A stretch of 64,000 bases of DNA from Giardia intestinalis (taxonomy: Eukaryota): NCBI GenBank assembly GCA_000002435.2, contig CM018792.1; one strand, written 5' to 3'. Position numbers and translations under genes: made by a program. Shown piece after piece: positions 19,695-31,900 of the stretch (the stretch's first letter is position 1; each line of letters begins with the position of its first letter). The notes under the pieces are model-generated. The model did not search any database, was not told where the DNA came from, and saw only the letters and a list, made by a program, of their open reading frames with translations.

Positions 19695-22600
19695 CTAGTG
19701 ATCGCTCTTTTCGGCTGTTAGGTCTATATCTTCCAGTTCGAGGGCTTTATTGACAACAGTGAGACCTGCTTCAGCAGCATGCGCGGCGTACAGATCAGCG
19801 GCCAAGTAATTTTCGGGGTCTATGCCTTCATTGCACATATCCTTAATAATACTAACTATTCTTGCTTTCTCTCCTCTGACCCCGTGGAACTCAGCCAACA
19901 GCCCCATGATATCCCCTGGCTTAACATAGCAGTTCTCCATTTTCCGCACTGCAGTCAGAAGCTTTGAGGAATTTGTTGTGAGCGTTTCAGAACTATCATG
20001 CGCTTGGGACGTGTCTCGGGCAAAGTCACACAGCTGTAAAAATGCATGTATTAACTTTCCATTCTGCTCATATGCTTGGAGGGTCTTCTTGAGAGAGGCT
20101 ACTTTGGCTGCCCTGGCTGTTGCAACCTTTTCGCTCTCTTTACTAGAAGCGTTTTGCTCAACGTAGTCGATTGCTACCTTTTGTCTATTCATGGCCTCGA
20201 TGATCGCCTGCTTAGCCTTTACATAATCATGGTATTCTGAGATTTCTTCCGCGGCACAGTTAGCAAAGAACTTCGCGATATTCTCTAGAGAGTTTGCTTT
20301 CTCATAAAAACTTATAATCGCCTTCATGTAGGTTGGATTGGACCGCCAGTCTAGTGTCTGAAGAAAATTTGACGCAGCAATATAGACCTGCTTTTGTCGC
20401 GCCATGTTTGCAAACTTAATCACCTTCATCGGATCACCTTGCTTTATCAGTGAATTTATGGCTAGCGTGTGATTTTGAGCGAGAATGAACTTTTTGACAG
20501 CTGATTGATAAAGGCCCGCTTTGTGCAGGAGCTTCCCAAGCGTCTCAGTGACTCTGACCGCCTCTTCATCGTGTTCTATACTAGCGGGTGTGAGAATGTC
20601 TGCTATCCGCTCTGAGATTTGGATCTTGCCATCTAGTATGGCCTGTAGCGCATCTTGGTATGCAGAAGCCTTTGCCAAAGCAATAACGGCTGTGCGAATA
20701 AAGCTGTTATAGTCGTTCAGCGAATAGTCTTCCGGAGACACGTCCAAGAGCGCCCTACCGGCACGCAGCAGTAAGTCTGAACTGATCCCTTGAAGTACAT
20801 CACCTGTGCCCTGAGTCGTGGTGCTCTGTTCTTGGAGAACCACGTCATCATCTAGCTCACGATCAAGAGACTTTGAGGGCTCGGATAATATATCAGCTAA
20901 AAGATTAGAGAGTTCTTTCATGCGGTTACTTTTAATGCAGAGCTCCAGGCTTTGAGCTCCAAGCCCCGCAGATTTGTATAGAACCAGCGCGTGTTCTATA
21001 GTCGCCTGGAGCTCATCACAAAAGTCCTCCGAGACGTTGTCTCTTCCTTTTTCGCTAATGGTGATCAGTCCACTCTTGTACTTATTAGAAAAGTAAGTTG
21101 CAGCCACTAGGCTGAGTCTCTGACTCTGTGAGGTAGTACCTATGTTGTAAATAAGCTCATCATCCTCACACTTGAGTGCACAGGCCAAGGCGTGTGTGAA
21201 TGCGCTACACCGCTTGTAAAGTCTAGCTGCCTCTAGCCACAAGGTCTGCTGATCAAGCTCGTCCTTCATTTTGCCAGGTATATCCGACTTCACATCTCTA
21301 CTTTTGGCCTCGGATTCTATCATGCGTGCGGCCACGTATAGAAACTGAGGATCGGTCCCCTTCTTAGCTAGAGTCAGGCATGCAGCAACCCCCTTTTTCT
21401 TATACTCGTCGTTGAGGAATTGAACGCTCTCATTTTGCTGCAAAAGCTGTTGTGGATTTGCGTTTAGGCTGTCTATCTCCCCCTGCGCGGCCACAGGTGC
21501 CTTGTAGACTTCTGAGTAACAAATCTTTGAGCTCTCGAGGTCGTTGAGGTGGATCAATCTATTAGCAAGAGATAAGATAGATGACTTTTTAGCCAGAGAC
21601 GTCAATCCTCCGGTCTGTTGCAGAGAACTATGCGCCCCGTCGCTCATCAGATACCTTATTGATAGCCCTATGTCATTCATCACCCCAGATAACAGAAGAG
21701 GTTTCCCTTGCAATCTATCTAAACCCTGGGCAGAGGCCCCAAGAGCAATGCTTAGCAGGGCCAAAAGCAACTCATCCTGCGGAGCAAGTTTGGTTTTCAA
21801 CTGATCCTGGCCTGTGTCAGCTGCATCCGAACGCTTGCGATTTGTAACTAGGCGCATCAGAAGGGACAATATGGGAGACTTGAGGTGCGTCGTGCATGTC
21901 TTTAGAAGATCAACATAGCCATTCTGGATGCACAGTGTCGCTAAGGAGCGCCAAACGTGAAGGTTCTCACTAACCAATACGTGGGAATACGCCTCTGCAA
22001 GCTGACCGTTACTACTGCAAATGGTGAATTTGTTAAGTGCATACGTCGCAGTGCACGATTGCTGAAAGCCAGTTTTCTTACTGCTTCCCAGAGCTGTTAA
22101 GTTCTTGATTGTTAAACGGTCAGAATTAATGGAGACAAAGTTAGAAGTGCGTGGTTTTTCCGACTTTCCACTACGCTCAGAAAAAACGAAAGCTGGAGAT
22201 AAAAGGGTCAACATGGTCGAGGACAATGGTTGCATAAGTGTCTCTAACTTTGAATTGACATAGGGAGCAAAGACACCTTGTATTGAAAGGAAGATTTTGT
22301 CGTTAAAGTCAAGCCAGCTCCCTTTAATGCGGTCATTCATGGAAATAGTGGTCTCAGCAAGTGATTGGACTAGCAATGGGACCTTAGCCCGCTGCTCAGA
22401 GGAGATGTATATGCTTTGGAGTAGAGAGATCTGGTCCTCATATTTCTCTTGCTGAAAGACAAGATCGGCATTTCTTTGGGATCCTTTCTCTTTAGAGTCC
22501 AACCAGCTGAGATAAGCGGAGAGATTCTTGGAGCTTAGCGCCCGCTTTGTGAAAGTGCCTGTTTTTAGTGCGAAAAGCATGCTCGAGCCGACAAAGAGGA

Positions 22601-25484
22601 GATTCAGGGAGGTCGATAGCACTAGCTCGAGACCAATATTTCCAAAGCAATCAGGTATGGCATTAGTGACGGTGTACGGTGCCATGTCAAAGATGCGCGA
22701 CTTGAGGACAGCAGAGCCTCCATCGGATCCAGTCGTAGGCCGGCTCCCAACCTTCTCAGTGGGCTGTGAAGGCGTAGCTGTCAACCCCGCACTTATCATC
22801 TCCCCAAGTATCTTTGTGTCTATTGACAATGCAACTACGTATGGCAGCAAACATGGAAGGCCTGTGACCACATTGTACCCCTTAAACACTACAGTGAATA
22901 GCACGTGGTGAGCGTTATCTAGAGTGATCGTCGCATTACATGACTGCACACAGATAGTGTCCAGGGGAATGAGAGTAGGCAAGGTTGTATACACTGAGAT
23001 AACGTTTTGTTCTTTCCTCTCCTGCTTTATGCGATCATGTAGCTGTTGGTTAATTTGCATCGTGTTCTCCACTAGCAGTAAATCCTTGATCTTTTCCTCC
23101 CTGGTCTGACGCTGGGGACTCTCTTCTGCCTCTACCGCAGGTGAACCGGTATCAGGAGTAGATAGATGGATATCATCCAGGTCTTCTTCTTCTAGGTAGG
23201 CACAGTATATGTTTGTATTAAACATCAACTGCCCTATATCCGTTATCTTCACTACTGAATTAAAGGTCTTACAATCGGTGTAGAAAAGAGATAAATTGTT
23301 ATTGATCATAAAAAGGTGCTGGTTAACGAGAGTCATGCGTGCAATACGTTCGACAGTGGCTCCGTGAGTTGGGTCATCACTAAGGACCAGTGATCCTGCC
23401 TTGCTCCCCGTAATACTATACTTGACTATCTCAACCTTGAGATAATCCGACTCCAGATCCGCACGAGAGTTTTGGGAAGCAAGGATGTACCTCCCATAAA
23501 GAACACAGTCGGCGACATAGGTGTATCGCTCATCCAGTTTAAAGGACCCCGCCAGGTGAGGCACCTTTCCAATGGCAACCTCAAAAACGGTAAACACGTT
23601 ATCCCCAAAAGCCAAGACAAATCCAGATAAATTGTCTGAAGAAACTGATGTAAGAGGATTTGTCAGAATAGAAATCTTTTTAATAGGATGCTTTATTTCC
23701 AGAGTATGCTCTTGCAAGAGATTGGCGTTTGTGTTGACACTGACCTTAATTATTCTAGCTCCTATTAAGACTGCGCTGATGAAGCTGTTCCTGCTGTCAG
23801 TGAACTTTTGATCCAAAAACTTCATGTGTGTCAAACCCTCTCCGGTTAAATCCTGAGCCATGATGGCGCTGTTAGTGTTATTGGCATAGGCTACCTGCAT
23901 ATCCTTCGGTTCAAAAGAGAATAGCAATAGAGAGACGAACTTACCTCTGGACGAGATAATTTCTGCACTAAACGAATCAATGGTTGCGTCATCCACACCC
24001 TCTGGAGTGGAAGCTGTTTCTGGGGAGAATCCAGGCGGCAAGTTGATCGGCTTGCCACCCTCGTCGTGAAAGATAGGAAGCATCTTGTTAGAGACGACGT
24101 TCCTATTAGTAATGGAGTAGTTTGTTATCATGGTCTGTGAGAAGCTATTGTCCCCTACAACGATCTGACTCATGTAGATATTCGCATAGCTGCATCTAGG
24201 GTTTTCTGCGTGAAGGAAGTGTTGCTCAGTTACGATAAACTCATCGCTTCCAGGGCGTATTCTAGGACCAGAACTTGGACCATTAGAATCCTGTACCCTT
24301 GCAAATCTCATATCGTTGGCATGAAGATAATGATCAGAGGCAGCAAGAATATGCATCCCTTCATTACCGTTAGAGTCACAAGAGCCTGTGCTGCGGTGGC
24401 AAGATACAACTGCATAGCCATTCTTGCCCCGCAAGGGTATCAGTATGCCATAGTCCCTGATCACTGCCAATCCACCGTTGACGCCGACAAAGTTTTCAAT
24501 GTGATCCTCCAGGTCAATGTATGCAACTTCCTGAGTCAGCAAACTGAGGACACGGAGCTGGCCATCGGAGGGGGCCATATATGCAATCTTAGTGGCGGGA
24601 AGCTGAACAATCCCATTCTCTCTTTTATACTCTATCTTATATTTTGCTAGAATATCTTTATATGCGCCGACAGCAAGGGTTTTGAAGCCAAACAGAAACA
24701 TATCGCCAGATGTAGAAATAGCACAGCAGGTGTCGCTACAGCTCCAGTAATATAACTTATAGAGTAGGGCATGTCCAGCTGACAGATTCACCGTCCCTAT
24801 ATGTCGAATAACTCCGTTGTCTGTAAGGACTGCTACATCCCCCTTAGACCACATAACAATGAACTCACATAACCCGACTCCAGCGTAGTTGGAAACATCA
24901 ATGGGGTGATCGCTGTGCTCCTGGTCAATACTATATATTATATTGTCAGTGCAACACGTGCGTTCAACAATATCAACTACATGACCTGATTTTCTAGTTT
25001 TTGTAATAGACTCGAAGGAGTAGGTGTCTGTCGAGAACTTGTAGAGGATAACTTGGCCGGAGACATCACAGGTGACCAATATTCGACCGTGTGAAAGCCA
25101 TTTGATGAGACAAAGCTCCTCCTGGTGAAGTTCCGTCTTATAGCTGGGGTCAGAATCAGTCGGAAACCAGATAGAAAATGAGGCATCTTTAAATCCGACA
25201 ACCACTAAATTCTCTACAAAGGGATGGCAAGCAAGTGCAGTAATAGGAACCTGAACTTGTCCTTCATCTGTGGTAATCACTTTCCTAAGAATATCCACTG
25301 GAAGCTGATTTGCCATAGATGTCTTGGAAGCCAGAACAAGTGCATTGTTATCGTTAGGGTATAGGACTGCCAAAGAGCCGTCTGACAGCAAAGCAAAGAC
25401 GGTCTGAGAACTTACTTGAGTATAAAGTTGGACAACACAGAGTGTTGGATCTTCAAGAATGACATCAATTGTAATTTGAATCAT
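19695..25484 (-). CDS. IFT140: Intraflagellar-transport complex A subunit, IFT140-like (WD40 propellers plus TPR solenoid), 1929 aa.
   Basis: The N-terminal half is WD40-like. The C-terminal segment LIKQGDPMKVIKFANMARQKQVYIAASNFLQTLDWRSNPTYMKAIISFYEKANSLENIAKFFANCAAEEISEYHDYVKAKQAIIEA closely resembles the IFT140 block ...[38 protein letters not shown]...EIDEYQNYDKAHGALTEA, which I recalled from memory. Another IFT-A paralog cannot be excluded. Confidence 0.55.
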   Translation of the reverse strand: MIQITIDVILEDPTLCVVQLYTQVSSQTVFALLSDGSLAVLYPNDNNALVLASKTSMANQLPVDILRKVITTDEGQVQVPITALACHPFVENLVVVGFKDASFSIWFPTDSDPSYKTELHQEELCLIKWLSHGRILVTCDVSGQVILYKFSTDTYSFESITKTRKSGHVVDIVERTCCTDNIIYSIDQEHSDHPIDVSNYAGVGLCEFIVMWSKGDVAVLTDNGVIRHIGTVNLSAGHALLYKLYYWSCSDTCCAISTSGDMFLFGFKTLAVGAYKDILAKYKIEYKRENGIVQLPATKIAYMAPSDGQLRVLSLLTQEVAYIDLEDHIENFVGVNGGLAVIRDYGILIPLRGKNGYAVVSCHRSTGSCDSNGNEGMHILAASDHYLHANDMRFARVQDSNGPSSGPRIRPGSDEFIVTEQHFLHAENPRCSYANIYMSQIVVGDNSFSQTMITNYSITNRNVVSNKMLPIFHDEGGKPINLPPGFSPETASTPEGVDDATIDSFSAEIISSRGKFVSLLLFSFEPKDMQVAYANNTNSAIMAQDLTGEGLTHMKFLDQKFTDSRNSFISAVLIGARIIKVSVNTNANLLQEHTLEIKHPIKKISILTNPLTSVSSDNLSGFVLAFGDNVFTVFEVAIGKVPHLAGSFKLDERYTYVADCVLYGRYILASQNSRADLESDYLKVEIVKYSITGSKAGSLVLSDDPTHGATVERIARMTLVNQHLFMINNNLSLFYTDCKTFNSVVKITDIGQLMFNTNIYCAYLEEEDLDDIHLSTPDTGSPAVEAEESPQRQTREEKIKDLLLVENTMQINQQLHDRIKQERKEQNVISVYTTLPTLIPLDTICVQSCNATITLDNAHHVLFTVVFKGYNVVTGLPCLLPYVVALSIDTKILGEMISAGLTATPSQPTEKVGSRPTTGSDGGSAVLKSRIFDMAPYTVTNAIPDCFGNIGLELVLSTSLNLLFVGSSMLFALKTGTFTKRALSSKNLSAYLSWLDSKEKGSQRNADLVFQQEKYEDQISLLQSIYISSEQRAKVPLLVQSLAETTISMNDRIKGSWLDFNDKIFLSIQGVFAPYVNSKLETLMQPLSSTMLTLLSPAFVFSERSGKSEKPRTSNFVSINSDRLTIKNLTALGSSKKTGFQQSCTATYALNKFTICSSNGQLAEAYSHVLVSENLHVWRSLATLCIQNGYVDLLKTCTTHLKSPILSLLMRLVTNRKRSDAADTGQDQLKTKLAPQDELLLALLSIALGASAQGLDRLQGKPLLLSGVMNDIGLSIRYLMSDGAHSSLQQTGGLTSLAKKSSILSLANRLIHLNDLESSKICYSEVYKAPVAAQGEIDSLNANPQQLLQQNESVQFLNDEYKKKGVAACLTLAKKGTDPQFLYVAARMIESEAKSRDVKSDIPGKMKDELDQQTLWLEAARLYKRCSAFTHALACALKCEDDELIYNIGTTSQSQRLSLVAATYFSNKYKSGLITISEKGRDNVSEDFCDELQATIEHALVLYKSAGLGAQSLELCIKSNRMKELSNLLADILSEPSKSLDRELDDDVVLQEQSTTTQGTGDVLQGISSDLLLRAGRALLDVSPEDYSLNDYNSFIRTAVIALAKASAYQDALQAILDGKIQISERIADILTPASIEHDEEAVRVTETLGKLLHKAGLYQSAVKKFILAQNHTLAINSLIKQGDPMKVIKFANMARQKQVYIAASNFLQTLDWRSNPTYMKAIISFYEKANSLENIAKFFANCAAEEISEYHDYVKAKQAIIEAMNRQKVAIDYVEQNASSKESEKVATARAAKVASLKKTLQAYEQNGKLIHAFLQLCDFARDTSQAHDSSETLTTNSSKLLTAVRKMENCYVKPGDIMGLLAEFHGVRGEKARIVSIIKDMCNEGIDPENYLAADLYAAHAAEAGLTVVNKALELEDIDLTAEKSDH

Positions 25485-25987
25485 TGGTCGAGATGGTCTA
25501 TGATGTTTTTAATTTCTACAATTTGACAATGCAATTGGAGTCCTTGTAGCTATTTAGTGACTTTAGTGACAAATACTGAGGCTTTATGACAAGATAGAGG
25601 CCGCCAAAATCGTCAAGCATAAGCCTACCTCAACACTCTCAGTTGCTACATTGAATTCCCCATGGAAAATTGATAGGTTATAGCCATATCACCTTATCTG
25701 CTACTATAATAGTTGATGTATACTCAAATTTTTGCTAGATTAAAAGTACCGGGCTATTGATAACAACCTTCGCAATTGGTTAAGCTGATTTATTTACAAA
25801 GAATTCCTGATTTCCTCATTTCAACAGCCTTTAGTAAATTTGCGTGCTTTGCGATACCAGAGCAATTACTCCCAGATTACTCATTGTCATGGACTGCATG
25901 TCTGGGTTTGCGGCTTTAAATGCACAGTTTGAATGGATAAACTTAAAGGACAACTTATGCCTTTGAATTAATTTGGTGGAGATACCT

Positions 25988-28900
25988 ATGCTCCCAGTGC
26001 TCCGGCTGTATCTCAAGACGGCCAGGGCCCATCTTTATCTCTACATCTGCATGATTGTCATGCCGGTCGTTGTGATGGCCGCTGTCGCCCTCTTCTTCTC
26101 GTTCGAGGATAGACTGCAAAGCCCTAGCAGCGGCCTAGGCGAAGGGACTCTCCCGCGCCTCCCGTTGTGCAGGGACCTGCCTGGTTGCACGAGCCAGACC
26201 GTGTACCTTGCATTCTCCCCCGACACGATCGAAGCGCGCCGGGTCGTTGACAGACTCGCCCAACAGAACGGATTAGAGTCGGAGCGGATTGTTGCTGTAA
26301 AGGACCGCGCAACAATGCAGAGGCTTGTGGCCGGGAAGAATCTCGGCCCGAGCTTTGTCGATGACGTGATTGCGGCCAACCTGGGAGAGACGGTGCGGAG
26401 GCACCTCCTAGGCGCCGATGGCTCCCTCGCTTCGATCCTCACCCCGCGGGGGGTCCTTGCAGACAGGGGCGTCGTTGCAGAGATGCTTGACACAGCGTAT
26501 GGGCTTGATGACAGAACCCTGGATGCGTTCGATGACGAGTGGGCCGCGAGCATGGGACCGGCCGACAGCGTCTTCCTCGCGCTCGACCTAAACATCTCAA
26601 ACCGGGAAGCGTCAGACATCCCGCAGGCCGTCCAGTACTCGCTCTGGTACAGCCAGGAGATGATGACCTGGTACGCTGTCAAACACCCTAGTCCACGGAC
26701 AAGGTCCTCAACGCCTAACTCGTACGCCATGTCGTATGTGTGGAGCCCGGTGTCCTTCAGCATTTTCGAGGCGATTCACAACGCCCTGACGGGGACCTTT
26801 ATTGGCAAAACCATTTCGTACAGCCTGGGAGAGTATCCGTCGCAAGGCTCTACCACCACCCTTGCCGGGATGCAGGCGTACATGATTCTCCAGCTTTCTA
26901 TCTTCCTCGAGTGCATCCTGACCCTCATCTTCGCAGCGCATTTCCGCGGGCCCTTTCAGACCACGCTCCGCCGATTGGGTGTCTCGGAGTTCTGCATGTA
27001 CGGGCTCACGTTCGGCACACTTTTGATCGCCAACCTCTTGGCATACGGACTTCTCTTCGGTGCTGGCTCGCTCTTCAAGCTGTTCCCCTTCTCGAACTAC
27101 ACCCCTTCTCTTAACGCCCTTGTCAGCATCACCTTCGCCCTCATCACCACCGCCTCCGTGCTGCTCCTGCACATGTTCTTCTACAACACGTCGGTGGCAA
27201 TTGCCTTTGGGACGGTGGCCCTGATTCTGCTCGTGGCGTTCCCCTTCCTGATCCTCCTCGAGCAACCAGACTACCCCACGATCTGGACACAATTTGCTAT
27301 TCCAACCTGGCTGACAAAGGTCTTCTACGTCCTGTTTCCCCCCTTGGGGCTCGTCGCCATCTGCGACATGATGATAACGTTGAGACCGGAGCGTATGTCG
27401 ACTCTCCTTGTTGGACAGAGCGCCAGCATGTACGGCCTTGAGCTCCTGTTTAATGACATAGATGGATATCATTCAAAGCACTTTTCGTGTCTAGGTACAA
27501 TGGTTGCTAGTATATCTGAGTGTACTTTTCAGCTTCCTTACCTTGGATCTCTTGTCGTCATGTCCCTGATCCAGAGCACCCTAGCTCTTCCGCTGCTAAC
27601 TCTGGTTCTCCTCTTCTGCAAGCACGAGCCGGGCTCGCAAGGACTTCCCCTCGGCTTCCTCTGTAGCCGCAAGTTCTACCGTACAAGGTGCCCCAAGGAC
27701 AATCCAGAGTTCCCCTTTCTGTCTGTCTCAGGGCTTCGGAAGACATACCGTAAGGCAAAGAGATGCACGGTCGTCAAGGAGGAGGCGCTGTGCGGGCTGG
27801 ACTTGCACCTTGAGCAGGGAGAGGTCACGGGCCTCGTCGCGACAAGCGGCGGGGGAAAGTCCACAGCCCTGGGGATCATGGCTGGCGAACTGGCGCCCTC
27901 CGGCGGGCAGTGCGCAGGGCTCGGGCACGATCTCCTCTGTCCGTACACCGCACGGTCCCTGCGGGGGTTCATCTCGCTCTGTCCCCAGGAGTGGAACAAC
28001 CTCTGGATCAACCTCACCGTTAGGGAGAACGTTCTTCTGTGCGCAGAGATCCGGGCCAGGGTCACGGGCCGCCTCGGCGAGCTCCAGCACAGAAGCGGGT
28101 CTCTCGACGGATACGTCGACGAACTCCTGAAGCGCCTCGGGTTGCACGACCACGCGCACAAGCAGGCGTCTGCCCTGTCTGGGGGGATGCTTCGTCGCCT
28201 GGCCCTTGCAAACGCAACGGCGGGAGGTCCGCGGCTGATACTTCTCGACGAGATTACGGTGGGCGTGGATCCGATCCTGAAGCGCCAGATCTGGGCGTAC
28301 GTTCGCGCACTGGTCACAGAGGGCGCCGCAGCAGTCCTGTCCTCCCACGACGCCAACGAGATAGCAGAGCTAGCCACTCGCGTTGTCGTGCTCAAGGCCG
28401 GTCGGACGCAGGCCGATGCCCCTGTCGTGCAACTCCTTGAGGAGCATGGAGACTACGTGGTTTCAGTGACATCGGAAAGCCGCGACGCCATTTCACGAGT
28501 AGCGCTGCTGCTCTCGACGGAGCTAGGGACTCTGCTCGGAGTTGGCGCTAAAGAGCTAAGTGTTACAATGGACCCACGGCGCGCCAGCATATCCATCCCT
28601 GCAACACTAGTCCCAGATGCACATACTCTGACGAGTCTGATACAGCACTGCCGCGCCTTCGAGAAACGAGAGGGCGTCCAGGTTGCCGTCTCACGGGCCC
28701 GGCTGGAGGATGTCTTTGAGCACCTGCTGGATGGCGAAGACGACGCGCAGCCGGAGCCTCTGCGCTCAGTAACTCTGGACGAGGACAGAAAGCCCTCCGT
28801 GACGCGCCACCTGCTGCTCCTCTTCCTCTCCCTGGACCTTCAAGAGCACTGCAGAAGCTTTGTTTCCATACTTGCTGCACTGACCGCCCTGTTTGTGCTA

Positions 28901-31900
28901 ATTTGGATGGGGGTCCATTATACTCTTACTAGCGTCAAAAGTGCTATTGAGTTGGTAGAGGCAGCGCAACTTACTGAGTGGTCTCTGTCGTGCCTTGCTG
29001 ACTGCATCAACGCCAATCCCGGTGCAGACCCTTTGTTGACAGACGCCAATGTCACAACTGAAAACGTAAGCGAGTTTTTGAAGGCCAACCCAGGAATCGA
29101 TGCCCTTCAGGTCATGGAGCGCTGCCTGGTGAAGCGTCCTCGGCGACTCTTCGAGCCAATGCTTCAGTATCCAGACGGATTCTCCGCTTGTCTTAGCTAC
29201 ATGAATCACTTGGGCCTTGACACATATCGCTACGATTACTTGACCGTTGGAGATCGTCAGACAGGATCCCTGGGAACCAACGAGACGCAGTTCAATTGGT
29301 ACTACATTGGCGTAGTAGGTGACGCCTCGAAGGTCGAGACCTCAGACAGCGTATCATTGAGTCTGTCTTTGGACGACCCCCTTATAGCAAGCTCTCCAAC
29401 GGGAGGGCTTGACTATTATGTCGCAAACGAACCCCAGCAGATCTCTTTCTCTCCCCAGAACTTTGGGGATGTGTGGAGGAGGGGCGTGGAGGCAGGCCTC
29501 AGACACCCCTTGGACTCCGATGACCTGTTCTCGCTTGTGGCCCCCCGCATGACTGTACCTCAGTATCTTCGCAGTGACACATCTCCGCCCCCGAAGGATA
29601 CAGAGAATCGCACACTTCTGCTTGAGGAGACAATTCTTCGCCAACCCACGGCAAGTGACTTCTTCGAGGGGATTACGTCCACAATTGGCAGCACATTTAC
29701 CAAGCCAGACTGCTTCGATTCACAGCCGGCTGTACAAGCACGTGTGGTTCGCAGGGTGTTCAGAAGCATCCCTGCGGTTATCTTTCAACCAGGCCAGCAC
29801 GAGGCAGGCAGTGCGTTGCTTCTTAAGATGTATGCTATGCTTCCTCCTCTCGGGCCACAAGGCAAGGCCTATCGTGATTGGGTCATTACCTTTACTCCAT
29901 CGAAAGAGCGGGTCGATACGCCAGCATCTACCTCGAAATATTTCATCCCCACTTTATTTCAATATCTGTACAAATATGCTAACGGTGCCATTGATATCAC
30001 GAAAACCGATCGTGTCAGGTTCACATTCACGACGATTGGGGCGGATGCGATGGCCAAGATGACCGGCGCTCTCTTCCGTCAGCACCTCATAGAGTCTCTT
30101 CGGGACACGCTCGGCGTAGAGGAGGCGTGGCGCCAAGGGACAGAATTCACCTATGACGGGTCCGTGATGAGTATCCCTAGACGATATCTGAACAGAGATC
30201 TCATATTCGAAACTCCGGGGGCAGCTCTGCAATCGATGGAGATAATGAGTGACTACTACTTAGTGTTCCTCTTGTTGCTAGGAAGCGTTATTGTAGCTGG
30301 CCGCGCTGCCCGGGAGTTTCAGCAGCGCACCGTGACCCTTCTTCACCTCCACGGGGCCTCTGAAATGCGCGTTGTCATGGTTCTTATCCTGTACTTCAGC
30401 ATCTGGACCATCATCCCCACAATACTGATTGCAGCGGCCTTGACAGCACTCTTTAAGGACGCCTTCTTCATCCACGGTCCTGCAGTGGCCGCTGTCGCAT
30501 ATACCTGCCTGGGAATGATAGCTCTTTCCAGCGTGTTCAATGCAGTCCTAGTGGCCGTGCTCCTTCGCTCTCAGCAGAACGCCATGCTGACCGTGGTTCT
30601 CCAGATCCTCATCGCTGTCTTTGTCTCCGGCTCTCTCAGGGCCGAGGGAGCAGTGGCCGCCGTCCTGGGCCTTCTGGCTCCTGGTGTGGGGTACATGCCC
30701 GTGCTGCGAAACGCCATAGGACTTAGCCGCATTAGCTGGGGATCCCTTGCCCTCTCGTTTCTGATATCGCTGCTAGAGGTCTTTGCCTCGCTTGGCGTGC
30801 TGCTGCTCAGGAAGATTCGGGTCCGCCAGAGGATCAAAGACAGGACCCCTGACGGATCAGATTCAGAGGAGTCTGGACTGCTGAGCGGGCTGTCAGAAAC
30901 AACTTCCATGACCAGCCTCAATTTGGAGAGGAAGGATGCACCTCCCAGACACCCTGACAACCACCTCAGCGTGCAGGGGATCTCGCACAGCTATCGCAAG
31001 GGCGCCCACGCGCTCGACAACGCCTCGTTTTCGGTGCCGGCGGGGAGCATCTTCGCCCTGCTCGGCGCCAACGGGGCCGGGAAGTCTACGATGATGCACG
31101 CCCTGACCGGAGTCCTGAGGCCGACTGCTGGAAGCGCTCTCTGCGTGCGTAACGAGGCCGACAGCAGATGGGTTGACCTCTTCCGGCGGGTCCACCACAG
31201 CCGGTACATCACAGTTGTTCCCCAGCACGACCTTTACTGGCCGCAGCTCACGGTCCGCGACCACGTGAAGATCATCCGAGGGCTCACGCCCAGGGCACTT
31301 CGGCCAAACATCAAGTCGACGGACCACGTGCTCCGCCTGGTGGGGCTGGCCGAGCACGCCGACAAGAGGGCCAGTGCGCTCTCGGGCGGGATGCGGCGGC
31401 GCCTCACGCTCGCGATGGTCCTAGTCTCGTCTCCCTCGCTCATTTGCCTCGACGAGGCGACGACGGGCTTCTCGGGGCGCCTGAGGAAGCGGGTCTGGGA
31501 CGCCATTCTTGCCAGCAAGGGCGCCAACAAGACGCTCATCGTCACGAGCCACGACATGGCCGAGGTGGAGGCCCTGGCAGACACATGCTGCGTCCTCCGG
31601 AAGGGCCGGGTCATCGCCAGCGGGTCTGTCGATGATCTCTGTGCACAGAGTCGCGTGGCCTACACGCTCACTGTCGCGTGCGGATCATTGAAGGCATTCG
31701 ACACCTACCTTGCTGGCCCCCACAAGTGCGCCTGTGAATTCTCTGGTGGGCTGCTTGCAGACGCCGAAGTCAACAGCGTTGCACGGCTAGTCAAGTACAG
31801 GATCCCTCAAGGTGTGGACCTCGAGACGGCCATCTCCTCTCTGTCCTCGGTCGGGTGCCTAACGCACGCCTGGGCACTGACGCATGCACGCCTGGAAGAG

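Noticed and set aside
25499-25579. Possible box C/D snoRNA (ATGATGT ... CTGA)
   Set aside because: No complementary terminal stem flanks the boxes, and I cannot identify an rRNA guide. It is kept only as a low-interest pointer.
26041-28440. Long antisense ORFs (up to 254 aa) inside the ABC transporter gene
   Set aside because: This region is GC-rich, and the ORFs overlap a strongly supported ABC transporter in the sense frame. They have Arg/Pro/Gly-rich nonsense composition.
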